Below are positions 34,469-43,947 of a stretch of DNA of 64,000 bases, piece after piece. The stretch covers positions 69,582-133,581 of the forward strand of contig CAWHEZ010000029.1 in assembly GCA_963828345.1 (NCBI GenBank). Direction: 5' to 3'. The notes below the pieces were generated by a model. That model searched no databases and was not told the DNA's origin. It worked only from the letters and a program-made list of their open reading frames with translations. This DNA is from an uncultured delta proteobacterium. GTDB lineage: Bacteria; Desulfobacterota; Desulfobacteria; Desulfobacterales; SpSt-501. Numbering within the stretch: the stretch's first letter is position 1; every line of letters starts with the position of its first letter. Made by a program: the position numbers and the translations under genes.

Positions 34469-34936
34469 CTACAGGTTCTGGTACTGCTTGCCGTCCTCGC
34501 CTTCGGAATCGGCCTCGTCCGAGAAGACGCCGGCCTCGGTGAGCTCAAGGATGATCTGCCGCCCGAAGAGCCGGGCCAGGGCGACCGACCCGCCGTCCCC
34601 GATATCGATGTGGATGGACGGTCAGGGCGGCGGTGCGCTGTTCGACCACCAGGCGAAACTGCTCCGCCTTGCTGTCGCGGTAGCGGAAGGCGGCGCTGTC
34701 GGGGCCGACCTCCCGCTCCGTCACGATCAACGCCAGGGCTTCGGCCGCGCTCTCGGTGGCCTTGACCACCTGGTCGAAGCGCGCCAGCCAGAAGCTTTCG
34801 ATCTTCCGGTGGTCAGGAAATTGAAGGCCACCGGCGAGGAGGTCTCGAACGACCCCACGTTCGGGCTCACGGTGCATCCGGCCAGCAGCACGACGGCTGC
34901 CACCGTCATCGCCGCATGCCTCAAGCGATTGTCCAT
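34469..34936 (-). pseudogene. Putative lipoprotein, two frameshifts (~34818 -1, ~34616 +1)
   Basis: Lipobox LLAGC in ORF 34727..34972. The middle piece, DHRKIESFWLARFDQVVKATESAAEALALIV..., is in ORF 34545..35780. The tail IHIDIGDGGSVALARLFGRQIILELTEAGVF...QNL* is back in the first frame. Confidence 0.55.
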
Positions 34937-35032
34937 GGTGATCACGTTCCCCTCTTCCGATTTCTCCGACACGTGAACCGGGCGGTCCCCGCCGGAAAAC
35001 GTCAGGCGGAACCGGGCTGCCCGGCGGCTGGG

Positions 35033-36013
35033 TCACGGCACTTCGAGGATGACCTTGCCGATGTTGCGGTTCTCTTTCACATAGGCATGGGCGGCCTCGG
35101 CCGCGGTGATCGGGAACACGCGGTCGACGACCGGGCGGAGCCGGCCGGCCGCGAGCAGCGGCAGGCAGCGCTCCGTGAAGCGACGGACGAGGTCCACCTT
35201 CTCCGTCAGCGGCCGCGGCCTCAGCCGCGAGCCGATCAGGCGCAGGCTCTTGCCCAGGAGCACCCCCAGGTCGAGCTCCGCCCGGGTGCCGCCCATCAGC
35301 CCGATGGTGACCAGCCGCCCCCCGGCCGCCAGGACGTCGAGGTTGCGCGCGACGTAGGGTGCGCCGACCGGGTCCAGCACCAGGTCGACCCCCCGGCCGC
35401 CCGTGGCGGCCTTGATCTCCGCGACGAAATCCTGGCTCGTGCGGTCGATCGCCGCAACGGCCCCCAGCCCCCGGCAGGCCTCCAGCTTGGCCGCGGACCC
35501 GGCGGTCGCGAACACGCTCGCCCCCGCCTCCCGCGCGAGCTGGATGGCGGCCGTGCCGACCCCGCTGGCGCCGGCGTGCACCAGGACGCGTTGCCCCCGC
35601 TGCAGCCGTCCCTCCAGGAACAGGTTCAGGAAGGCGGTGAGCCACGCCTCGGGCACGGCCGCGCCCTGCCGGAAGGACCAGCCGTCCGGGAGCCGCATCA
35701 GCAGGCCGCCGTGGACCGCGACCGACTCGGCATAGCCTCCGCCCGCCAGCAGCCCCATCACGCGGTCGCCCGGGGCCCACGCGCGCGCGTCGGGCCCGAG
35801 CGCCCGCACGATGCCGCTCATCTCCAGGCCCATGACGTCCGTCACCCCCGGCGGCGGCGGATAAAGGCCGCGGGCCTGCAGCAGGTCCGCGCGGTTCACG
35901 GCCGTGGCCTTCACCTCCACCAGAACCTCGCCGGGGCCGAGCGCGGGGTCCGCCACCGTCTCCCAGGACAGACGCGGCGCCGGGTCGCCGGGTTTCACGA
36001 CGATCGCCTTCAT
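35033..36013 (-). CDS. NADPH:quinone oxidoreductase (zinc-type alcohol dehydrogenase superfamily, Qor-like)
   Basis: MKAIVV...GEVLVEVKATAVNRAD...VHAGASGVGTAAIQLA. Confidence 0.88.
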   Translation of the reverse strand: MKAIVVKPGDPAPRLSWETVADPALGPGEVLVEVKATAVNRADLLQARGLYPPPPGVTDVMGLEMSGIVRALGPDARAWAPGDRVMGLLAGGGYAESVAVHGGLLMRLPDGWSFRQGAAVPEAWLTAFLNLFLEGRLQRGQRVLVHAGASGVGTAAIQLAREAGASVFATAGSAAKLEACRGLGAVAAIDRTSQDFVAEIKAATGGRGVDLVLDPVGAPYVARNLDVLAAGGRLVTIGLMGGTRAELDLGVLLGKSLRLIGSRLRPRPLTEKVDLVRRFTERCLPLLAAGRLRPVVDRVFPITAAEAAHAYVKENRNIGKVILEVP

Positions 36014-36023
36014 GGGCCCTCCG

Positions 36024-36695
36024 TCAGGCCGACGGATCACGGGGGGCGGCCGCAGGGGCGGCCGCCGCCGGCTCGGCCGCGCCGCCCTCGCGCCGCATCA
36101 GGCGCACCACCAGGGGCATCGGCCTCCCCAGCAGGAAATCCAGCATGTCCGCCTCCAGGCCGCCGCGGGCGACCATCAGGCGGCGCAGCTCGTCGTCGTA
36201 GCGGACGATCTCGGCCAGCTCACGCTCGGCATCGACCTGCCCCGGCGCGAGCAGACCTCGCACGCGATCGCAGTCGCACCGCCGGTCGTGGTCGCGGACC
36301 AGCTCCCAGAGACCCTCCACCCCCGCCAGCAGGTCTGCGCGGCTCAAGCGCTCTCCGCCGTAGACGGCTGCCAGGCGGGAGGGGTCCCGGCAGTCCAGCA
36401 GGCGGCACTCCAACGGCCGTTCGGCGTAGATCCGGCAGCCGTTGCCCTCCGGGTCGAAGAAGCGGCAGGTCCACGTGCCCTCGCAGCCCTTGATCTTGAT
36501 GATGTCCCCCGCGGCGCGGACGAGGCCGTCTCGAACCGGGTCGCGGGCCGTTTCCCCGCGGCGGATCGTGAAGAGATGCCGGGTGTGGATGACCCCGTCC
36601 GTCACGAGCCGGCGGTCCTCCAGGTGCAGGCCCGGCCCGCCTTCGCGACAGCAGGCGCCGCAGCGCTCACAGGATGGGGAAACGATCGATGGCAT
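36024..36695 (-). CDS. YkgJ family cysteine-cluster protein (CxxCxxCC)
   Basis: SCERCGACCREGGPGL...CRFFD..GNGCRIYAERPLECR. Confidence 0.75.
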   Translation of the reverse strand: MPSIVSPSCERCGACCREGGPGLHLEDRRLVTDGVIHTRHLFTIRRGETARDPVRDGLVRAAGDIIKIKGCEGTWTCRFFDPEGNGCRIYAERPLECRLLDCRDPSRLAAVYGGERLSRADLLAGVEGLWELVRDHDRRCDCDRVRGLLAPGQVDAERELAEIVRYDDELRRLMVARGGLEADMLDFLLGRPMPLVVRLMRREGGAAEPAAAAPAAAPRDPSA

Positions 36696-36871
36696 GGCAA
36701 TCCTTGTGCACGGGAAGGCGCCTGCGCCCGGACGGCCGCTCCCGCAGCCCGCCGGCAGCGGTGGTCGCCTCGGCATTACGCAGGATCACTATACCGCATA
36801 CCCTCCATGCGGCAAACAATACTTTGTTTTCCAGCCTGCTTTTGCTATGCTGCCGAATTAAGAGCCTTTTT

Positions 36872-37424
36872 ATGCGCATCCACATCGACCAGCTCAAGGA
36901 ATCCCGCCTCGCGCTCGAGTTCTCGAAACCGGCCGATCGTTTTCCCGCGCTCCGCAGGGTCACCGCCGCCGGCGACGGCAGCTTCACCGGACCGGTGCGC
37001 ACATCGGTCACGGCCGAGCGAGTCGGCGAGCTGGTCGAGAGTCCGGGGGGTGACGCGGGCGGTCGTTCGCCAGAGCTGCGGCCGCTGCCTGGCCGAGTTC
37101 GACTCCCCCGTGGAGACGGAATTCGAGCTGACCTATGCCCGACGGGGCGAAGGGCCGAACGGCGCGGCCGACCTCCCGCGTTCGGACCCTGCGCCGGACG
37201 ACGGGCTGATCTATTTCCACGGTGACGAGATCGACCTGACCGCAGGGGTCCAGGAGCACCTCATCCTATCCCTGCCGCTCAAGCCGCTCTGCCGCGAGGA
37301 CTGCAAAGGGCTTTGCGTGCGATGCGGCGCCGATCTCAACCTGGGACCATGCGCCGTGTGCGGGGGCCTCGGACGACGGCCCCTTCGAAACCCTGAGGCG
37401 GCTGAAGCTGCCCAGACATCCTGA
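36872..37424 (+). pseudogene. YceD/DUF177 family protein, +1 frameshift in G6 run 37045-37050 (possibly a second near 37365)
   Basis: MRIHIDQLKESRLALEF... (ORF 36674..37225) continues as RGVTRAVVRQSCGRCLAEFD...EDCKGLCVRCGADLN (ORF 35904..37424). Confidence 0.75.
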
Positions 37425-37565
37425 GAGGTTCAGGATCGTGAACAGAACGGGCGCAGCCCGCTCCGGCGGGAAGATGGCTCCCGCCGTTTGAGACGTCTGC
37501 CGGGCGGCTCTCGACGTCGTGTGCCGCCGAAGCAATACACATTCTATCCGGACTGTGCCGAACCC

Positions 37566-38456
37566 ATGACCCAGGACCCTTCGCCCGAGCCTGCGCCGAT
37601 CAACATCGCCTCCCGGGCGTGGCGGTTCACCCTGCACGTGCTCCGGGATTTCCACCGCCGCCGGGGGCTGCTGCTGGCCGGCGCGGTCGCGTACTACACG
37701 CTGCTGTCCATCGTGCCGCTCCTGGCGCTCGTCCTCGTCGGCCTCTCGCACTTCGTGAACCAGGAGCAGCTCATCCACACCATCACGCTCAACCTCGAGC
37801 TCCTGATCCCGGGGTACGCCGAGAGCCTGGCCGGCCAGGTGAGGATCTTCCTCGTCAACCGACACCTGGTCGGGGCGGTCGGGTTTCTCATCATGCTCTT
37901 TTTCAGCTCGATGGCCTTCTCGGTTCTCGAGAGCACCATGGCGGTGATCTTCTCGCACCACAAGCAGTCCATGCGCCGGCCGTTTCTCATCTCGGCCATC
38001 ATCCCATATGTCTACATCCTGCTCATCGGCCTCGGGGTCTTTCTCGTCACGATCATCACCGGTGCACTCGACGCGTTGGAAAAACAGCAGGTGCTGCTGC
38101 TCGGTTACACGCTGAGTCTGAGGGGCACCTCCCGGTTCCTGCTCTACCTGCTGAGCATGGGGGGGATGATCCTGATGCTGACCTCGTTCTACCTCGTCAT
38201 GCCGGTCGGACGCATTTCGTTCCGCCACGCCTTGAGCGGGGCGGTCACCGCGGCCGTCCTCTGGGAGATCATCCGCCGCGTCCTCGTGTGGTATTATTCA
38301 AAGCTCTCGCTGGTCAACATCATCTACGGGTCGCTCGCCACGACGGTGGTCGCCCTGCTCAGCATCGAGGTGGCCGTCCTCATCCTCCTGCTGGGCGCCC
38401 AGGTCATTTCGGAGTTCGACCGCCGCCGCGCCGAGGCGGAGAAGAACGGGGCTTGA
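37566..38456 (+). CDS. YihY/BrkB (virulence factor BrkB) family membrane protein
   Basis: LAGAVAYYTLLSIVPLLAL, six TM segments, IYGSLATTVVALL. Confidence 0.85.
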   Translation: MTQDPSPEPAPINIASRAWRFTLHVLRDFHRRRGLLLAGAVAYYTLLSIVPLLALVLVGLSHFVNQEQLIHTITLNLELLIPGYAESLAGQVRIFLVNRHLVGAVGFLIMLFFSSMAFSVLESTMAVIFSHHKQSMRRPFLISAIIPYVYILLIGLGVFLVTIITGALDALEKQQVLLLGYTLSLRGTSRFLLYLLSMGGMILMLTSFYLVMPVGRISFRHALSGAVTAAVLWEIIRRVLVWYYSKLSLVNIIYGSLATTVVALLSIEVAVLILLLGAQVISEFDRRRAEAEKNGA

Positions 38457-38579
38457 GGCCTCCGCTCGCCCGCAACCCGGCGGAGAAACCACTTGCCACG
38501 GCCTACCGGCTGGACTATGAGAGCAGTAAACGAGCTGCCCGCTGTCCGGGCAGACGACCATCGGAAACGGAGACGATCC

Positions 38580-38966
38580 ATGGCGCTCAGCGTAACCGCT
38601 GCACTGAAGAAACCGGGCGTGTTCGTGGTGGCGCCCGCCGGCTCCATCGACACGACCACCCACCGGATTCTGGAGGAGAAGGTCGACGCGGTGCTCGCGC
38701 AGCAGCCCGATCTCGTCATCTTCGACCTGGAGCGCACGGACTACATCAACAGCATGGGGATCCGGGTGCTGGTGAAAACGAAAAAAGCCCTGCAGGCGCG
38801 CAACGCCAAGCTGGTGTTCATCAACCTTCAGCCCCCGATCCGCAAGGTGTTCGACATCCTGAACGCGCTGCCTTCCCTGCAGGTGTTCGCCAGCATCGCG
38901 GAGTTGGACGCCTACCTCGACGCGATGCAGGCGGCCGCGGGCGGAACCTCGAAAGCGGACGCGTGA
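38580..38966 (+). CDS. STAS-domain anti-sigma-factor antagonist-like protein
   Basis: VIFDLERTDYINSMGIRVLV...KLVFINLQPPIRKVFDI. Confidence 0.8.
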   Translation: MALSVTAALKKPGVFVVAPAGSIDTTTHRILEEKVDAVLAQQPDLVIFDLERTDYINSMGIRVLVKTKKALQARNAKLVFINLQPPIRKVFDILNALPSLQVFASIAELDAYLDAMQAAAGGTSKADA

Positions 38967-39370
38967 TGCCGACCCTGCGCCGAATCGTCCTCGTCCTGAC
39001 TGCCGCCGCGATGATCGGCGCCTGCGCGCACGGGCGCACGCCGGGCCTGCCGACCGCCCCGGAGGCCGCCGCCGGCCAGGTGACCATCGTCCGCAACAAC
39101 AACCTCTTCGGCTGGGGGTTTTCAGTGGCGGCCGTGTTCGACGACGTCCCGGTCGCCCACCTGCGCGCGGGCGAACACGTCACCTTTCGGACGACGCCCG
39201 GACTGCACACCGTCGGGGTCTTCGGCCGCGGCATCAGCTTCGCGGTCGAGGCCAACCGCAAGTACTTCTTCCTCATCAGCGCGGACGACTCGCAGGCCGG
39301 CTTCGACATCGAACGGCTGGACCCGACCCGCGGCGAGGAGTGGGTCGCCAAGACGAAGTCCTCCCTCTGA
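38966..39370 (+). CDS. Putative lipoprotein (DUF2846-like)
   Basis: Lipobox IGAC, then VTIVRNNNLFGWG...VAHLRAGEHVTFRTTPGLHTV. ATG overlaps the upstream TGA. Confidence 0.55.
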   Translation: MPTLRRIVLVLTAAAMIGACAHGRTPGLPTAPEAAAGQVTIVRNNNLFGWGFSVAAVFDDVPVAHLRAGEHVTFRTTPGLHTVGVFGRGISFAVEANRKYFFLISADDSQAGFDIERLDPTRGEEWVAKTKSSL

Positions 39371-39433
39371 GGGCAGCGTCGGGCAGAAGGCGGCCCCCCG
39401 CCACCGGATGACCACCGGTCCAATCGAGTGTTC

Positions 39434-39475
39434 AAAACGATGAGGCCGCCCCGAACGGGGCGGCCTCATCGTTTT
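39434..39475. terminator. Bidirectional rho-independent terminator
   Basis: Perfect 19-bp stem AAAACGATGAGGCCGCCCC-GAAC-GGGGCGGCCTCATCGTTTT with A/T tracts on both sides, between convergent genes. Confidence 0.85.
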
Positions 39476-39490
39476 CAGCGGCGGGGGGGA

Positions 39491-40090
39491 TTACTTGGTG
39501 GCGCGTTCCCGCAGCATCTTCAGCACCTCCTCCGGGGAGTCCTTCGCCAGAATGTCCCGGAACTGGTCGCGGTAGTTCTTCACGAGGCTGATGCCCTCGA
39601 TGATCACGTCGTACACCCTCCAGGTGCCGTCCTTGCGGATCAGCCGGTAGTCGAGCGGAATCTTCTTGCCGTCGCCGGTCACGATGTTGCTGCTGACCTC
39701 GGCCTGGTCTTCCCGCAGGGCCGATTCCTTGTCGAAGACGACCTTCTCGTTCGAGTAGGAGAGCAGCCGGTCGGCATAGGTCTTCTCGAGCAGGTCGCCG
39801 AAGAGCTTCACGAACTCGGCCTGCTGCTGGGGGTTGAACTTGGCCCACTCCCGGCCGAGGGTCCGCTTCGACAGCTCGGTGTAGTCGAAGATCTCGTTCA
39901 CGATGGAGCGGATCTTCTGGATCTTGGCGTCCCGGGGCTGGTCCTTGAAGCTGGGCTCGGCCAGCGACTGGAGCACCTTGTTGACCTGGACTTCGACCGT
40001 TTCCTTGGCACCCGCCGCCATCGCCTGCAGCGGCGCCAGCGCCAGCACGAGCGCCAGAATGGCCGCAACGATCATCAACCGTCTGATCAT
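39491..40090 (-). CDS. mlaC: MlaC/Ttg2D-family periplasmic phospholipid-binding protein
   Basis: Signal peptide, ...IFDYTELSKRTLGREW..F...Q..EF..LF..LL..TY... Confidence 0.85.
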   Translation of the reverse strand: MIRRLMIVAAILALVLALAPLQAMAAGAKETVEVQVNKVLQSLAEPSFKDQPRDAKIQKIRSIVNEIFDYTELSKRTLGREWAKFNPQQQAEFVKLFGDLLEKTYADRLLSYSNEKVVFDKESALREDQAEVSSNIVTGDGKKIPLDYRLIRKDGTWRVYDVIIEGISLVKNYRDQFRDILAKDSPEEVLKMLRERATK

Positions 40091-40111
40091 GCAATCCTCC
40101 CTGAAATGAAA

Positions 40112-40208
40112 GTTCAACGGTTCACGGTTCAACGGTTCACGGTTAAGCGGTCGAGACCGGGTCACCGAGAGCGCCAAACACCCGAACACCAAACACGAAA
40201 CACCACCC
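40112..40208. repeat. Chimeric short-unit array element (GGTTCAC units followed by CAAACAC units)
   Basis: 40112-40151 is a GGTTCA(A)C tandem array. 40174-40208 is a CNAAACA heptamer array. The two arms are not mutually complementary. Confidence 0.6.
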
Positions 40209-40209
40209 A

Positions 40210-40662
40210 TCACTTTTTGACGTCGCCGAACGCGTATTTGCTTACCAGGTCCATCAGGTCGGCCGGCGCCTCCGTCTCTACGATGGCGTCGCCGCCCTTC
40301 AGCAGCGTCCCCCCGCCGCCGGGGTCGACGCTCACATAGCGGTCGCCGATGATGCCCTCGGTCTTGATCGAGGCGATGGCGTCGTCGTAGATCTTGATCC
40401 CCTTCTGGATGCGCAGCTCCGCAACGGCCTGCTGCTTCTCCTGGTCGATGGTCAGCTTGCCGACACGCCCGATCTCGAGCCCCAGCATGTTGACGATGCT
40501 GCCGTTGCGCAGCCCCGTCACCTTGCTGAAGCGTGCGGTCAGGGGGTAGGTGTCGTCCTGGAAGAGACTCACGTCCCCGAGCTTTACCGTCATGTAGCCG
40601 ATGCAGGCCAGCCCCACCAGGACGAAAATGCCGACGAGGGTTTCCTTGGAATATTTCTGCAT
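40210..40662 (-). CDS. mlaD: MlaD (MCE-domain) outer-membrane lipid asymmetry protein
   Basis: N-terminal TM, then GL..GS.V...G..IG.V MCE core. Confidence 0.88.
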   Translation of the reverse strand: MQKYSKETLVGIFVLVGLACIGYMTVKLGDVSLFQDDTYPLTARFSKVTGLRNGSIVNMLGLEIGRVGKLTIDQEKQQAVAELRIQKGIKIYDDAIASIKTEGIIGDRYVSVDPGGGGTLLKGGDAIVETEAPADLMDLVSKYAFGDVKK

Positions 40663-40668
40663 GCCGAA

Positions 40669-41916
40669 TCACCTCCGCGTGTCGCACGTGAACTGGGCAA
40701 TGGGTTTCTTGTCGAAGCGCGCGAACTCCATGACCGACTCGATTTCGACCTGGGGCTTGCCCTGGGCCATGCCGACCGAAATCACGAAGTCGAAGCACTG
40801 GTCCGAAGGGACCTCCTTGCGGAAGGTCTCCTCCAGCTCGCGCATGCCGTGCTCCCGGAAGTCGGCCGTGAACTTGTCCAGGATGCGCTGGGCCTCGTCC
40901 AGGTCCGAAAACGGCAGGATCGTGGCGAACTCGTTGATGGACTGGCGCGTGGAGAAGCCGCCGACGGCCCCGAAGTGCTTGCGGATGTAGTTGCCGAGCG
41001 AGCGCAGCGTCTGCTGCGCGGCGTCGTGGCCGAGGCCGGAGCTGACCTCCTCCATGTTGTCGAAACTGAACATCAGCACGGCGTAGGACTCGTCCGCCCC
41101 GCGGCGGGCCAGTTCCGTCTGGTAGCGGATCTTGAAGTGCCGACTCGAGACCAGCCCGGTGATGTCTTCCTGCAGATTCTCGAGGCTCTGCACGATCTCG
41201 GTGCGGAAGGGGTGGTCGAGGTTGTCCAGCTCCTCGGGCGGGCCCTCGTAGACGATCTTCTTCTGGTAGAGGGCCAGGATGCGGTTGGAGATGAAGAAGA
41301 CGTCCGGGATCTCGTGGCTGATGAGGACCGCGGTGAACCCGAAGCGCTTCTTGTACTCGGCGATCATGCCCAGGATCGCGTTCTTGCGGATCGGGTCCTG
41401 GCCGGTCGTCGGCTCGTCGAAGAGCACGATCTGCGGGTCGGTCACGAGCGCCCGCGCCAGTGCGGCGCGCTTCTGCATGCCCCCCGAAATCTGGGACGGG
41501 TATTTGTGCGCGACCTCGGTCAGCTCGGTCTGCTGGATGCGCGTCATGACCTTCTGGTCGATCTCCCGGCGGCTCAGGCGCGTGGTGTGCTTCAACGGCA
41601 GGGCGACGTTCTCGTAGACCGTCATCGCGTCGAACAGGGCGTTGTTCTGGAACATGTAGCTGATGCGGCCGATGTAGGCGTCCCAGTCCTGGCGGTTCAT
41701 GCGCTGAATGGGGACCCCCTGGTAGAGGATCTCGCCCGCGTCGGGCGTGAGCAGCCCGATGATGTGCTTGAGGGTGACGCTCTTGCCCGTGCCGCTCAGG
41801 CCGATGATGGTCGTGACCTCACCCTCGTAGATCTTGAAGTTGACCCCTTCCAGGATGGTCCTCTCCCCGAACCGTTTCGTGACGTTGCGAAACTCGATCA
41901 GCGGTTGCCGTTCCAT
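40669..41916 (-). CDS. MlaF-type ABC ATPase fused to a C-terminal degenerate GGDEF-like domain
   Basis: Residues 1-250 have Walker A GLSGTGKS, ISGGMQKRAALARAL and FDEPTTGQD. Residues 260-415 read ITGLVSSRHF...SFDNMEEVSSGLGHDAA...TRQSINEFATILP...A..I, a GGDEF fold with SINEF in place of GGDEF. Confidence 0.75.
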   Translation of the reverse strand: MERQPLIEFRNVTKRFGERTILEGVNFKIYEGEVTTIIGLSGTGKSVTLKHIIGLLTPDAGEILYQGVPIQRMNRQDWDAYIGRISYMFQNNALFDAMTVYENVALPLKHTTRLSRREIDQKVMTRIQQTELTEVAHKYPSQISGGMQKRAALARALVTDPQIVLFDEPTTGQDPIRKNAILGMIAEYKKRFGFTAVLISHEIPDVFFISNRILALYQKKIVYEGPPEELDNLDHPFRTEIVQSLENLQEDITGLVSSRHFKIRYQTELARRGADESYAVLMFSFDNMEEVSSGLGHDAAQQTLRSLGNYIRKHFGAVGGFSTRQSINEFATILPFSDLDEAQRILDKFTADFREHGMRELEETFRKEVPSDQCFDFVISVGMAQGKPQVEIESVMEFARFDKKPIAQFTCDTRR

Positions 41917-41928
41917 GCCGTCCTCTGC

Positions 41929-42774
41929 CTACAGGAGAAAGGAGGTGACCACGTAGTCGGAGACCAGAATCATGACGCAGGAGATCACGACGGCCGAGGT
42001 GGTCGAGAGGCTGACGCTCTTGGACCCGTAGCTGTCCCGGCGCATGTGGGTGAAATAGCCTTGAAAGCAGCAGATCGTGATGACCAGGACCGCGAACACA
42101 ATGGACTTGATGAAGCCGCCCCGGACGTCCAGCCAATCGACGCTCGCGTCGATGCGGTAGACGTAAGACCCGGGGTTGGCGCCCATGAGGACGACCCCGC
42201 TCAGGTACCCCCCGAGGATGCCGACCAGGTCGAACACGGCCGTCAGGATCGGGAAGCTGATCAGCGCCGCCGCGATCCGGGGGCTGATCAGGTAGCCGAG
42301 CGCGTCCACCCGCATGGTGTAGAGGGCGTCGATCTGCTCGGAGATGCGCTGGATCCCGATCTCGGCCGTCATGGCCGACCCGGCCCGGGCGGTGATCATG
42401 ATGGCGGTCAGCACCGGGCCGAGCTCGCGGATGAGCGACAGCGCCACGGCCGTGCCCAGAAACCCCACGGCCCCGAACTTGTTCATGACGTAGTGGAGCT
42501 GCAGCCCGAGCACCATGCCCGTGAAGAACCCCACCAGCGCCACGATGCTCGCCGACTTGGCGCCGATGAAGTACACTTGGTTGATGATTTCGGGGATCTG
42601 TTTGTAGTGGAAGATCTGCACGACGGCGCGGGCCAGGAAGATCGCCATGGCCCCCAGCGTGTTGTTCAGCTGGATGCCGAAACGCCCGAAAGGGTTCAGG
42701 ATGGCCGGCAGGATAGGGCTCCTCCGGCGCTCGGGCGTTGCAGGATCGGTGTCGGGCTGTCGCTCGGCTGCCAT
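41929..42774 (-). CDS. mlaE: MlaE ABC transporter permease
   Basis: VGFLGTAVALSLIRELGPVLTAIMITARAGSAMTAEIG. Confidence 0.9.
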   Translation of the reverse strand: MAAERQPDTDPATPERRRSPILPAILNPFGRFGIQLNNTLGAMAIFLARAVVQIFHYKQIPEIINQVYFIGAKSASIVALVGFFTGMVLGLQLHYVMNKFGAVGFLGTAVALSLIRELGPVLTAIMITARAGSAMTAEIGIQRISEQIDALYTMRVDALGYLISPRIAAALISFPILTAVFDLVGILGGYLSGVVLMGANPGSYVYRIDASVDWLDVRGGFIKSIVFAVLVITICCFQGYFTHMRRDSYGSKSVSLSTTSAVVISCVMILVSDYVVTSFLL

Positions 42775-42871
42775 ACCGGTTCTCCGTTGCGCTGCAGGAT
42801 GGGACGTCGCCCTTCACTTCAGGGCGGGCAGGACTGCGTTGACAATGGCCTCCAGTATTTGGATAATACCT

Positions 42872-43021
42872 AACAGGTTGTTGAAAAACGGCGTCTCGGG
42901 CCGTGATCCGGCGTTGCGCGGCTCGGGTGAATGCTCACATACCGGCCGTATGCTGCGCTTCCCCCATCGCCGCACGCCTTGGCTGACGGCCCGATACTGG
43001 TTTTTCAACAGCCTGCTGATC
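42872..43021 (+). repeat. MITE-like element, subfamily E, copy 2
   Basis: ~35-bp imperfect terminal inverted repeats (CAGGTTGTTGAAAAACGGCGTCTCGGGCCGTGATC / GCTGACGGCCCGATACTGGTTTTTCAACAGCCTG). Core is CTCACATACCGGCCGTATGCTGCGC. Confidence 0.65.
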
Positions 43022-43127
43022 GGGTTATTTTAGGCCAGATCCGAGTTGAAGACAAGGGCTGCCGCCGCCGGGCCGCCGGGCCCGGGCGCAAACGCCGCAC
43101 CACCCCGCTGCGGGAGGAGATGCACAG

Positions 43128-43874
43128 ATGAAAAAGCTGGTGTTGCTTCGCCACGGTGAAAGCCAGTGGAACCGCGAAAACCGTTTCACCGGCTGGACGG
43201 ACGTGGGGCTCACGGACAAAGGCGTGAGCGAGGCCGTCGAAGCCGGACGCGTGCTCAAACAGGAAGGCTACGCGTTCGACGTGGCGTTCACCTCGGTCCT
43301 GAGCCGCGCCATCAAAACCCTGTGGCTCGCGCTGGAGCAGCTGGACCGCATGTGGGTCCCGGTCCATCACAGCTGGCGTTTGAACGAGCGCCACTACGGC
43401 GCGCTGCAGGGTCTCGACAAGGCCGAGACCGCCGAGCGGCACGGGATGGAGCAGGTGCTGCTGTGGCGCCGCAGCTACGACATCCGTCCGCCGGCGCTCA
43501 CCCCGGACGACCCGCGCTTCCCGGGCGGCGATCCCCGCTACGCCGGGCTCACGACCGCCGAGCTGCCGCTGACCGAGTGCCTCAAGGACACGGTCGCCCG
43601 CTTCCTGCCCTACTGGCACGACACCATCGCACCGGCGGTCGCCGCCGGGCAGCGCGTCGTCATCGCCGCCCACGGCAACAGCCTGCGGGCGCTGGTGAAG
43701 TACCTGGACGCTGTTTCGGACCCGGACATCCTCGAGCTCAACATCCCGACCGGCATCCCGCTCGTCTACGAGCTCGACGACGCGCTCAGGCCCCTGCGCC
43801 ACTACTACCTCGGCGACCCCGAGGCCGCGAAAAAGGCCGCGGAGGCCGTGGCCAACCAGCTGAAACGGAAGTAG
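43128..43874 (+). CDS. gpmA: 2,3-bisphosphoglycerate-dependent phosphoglycerate mutase
   Basis: [20 protein letters not shown]...ERHYGAL...[10 protein letters not shown]. Confidence 0.96.
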   Translation: MKKLVLLRHGESQWNRENRFTGWTDVGLTDKGVSEAVEAGRVLKQEGYAFDVAFTSVLSRAIKTLWLALEQLDRMWVPVHHSWRLNERHYGALQGLDKAETAERHGMEQVLLWRRSYDIRPPALTPDDPRFPGGDPRYAGLTTAELPLTECLKDTVARFLPYWHDTIAPAVAAGQRVVIAAHGNSLRALVKYLDAVSDPDILELNIPTGIPLVYELDDALRPLRHYYLGDPEAAKKAAEAVANQLKRK

Positions 43875-43947
43875 CCCGCCCGGCGGGACTTCATCACGAC
43901 AGGACGTGCGCGCGGGCACTCCCCCGCGACGGCGGAAAGAGGACGAC

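Noticed and set aside
36760-36830. GGCATTACGCAGGATCAC plus the hairpin CCGCAT-N7-ATGCGG as a further copy of the R-type repeat.
   Set aside because: Only a ~10-nt word (ATTACGCAG) matches one TIR. No partner TIR or internal blocks are present. It is most likely a chance match or a highly degraded remnant.
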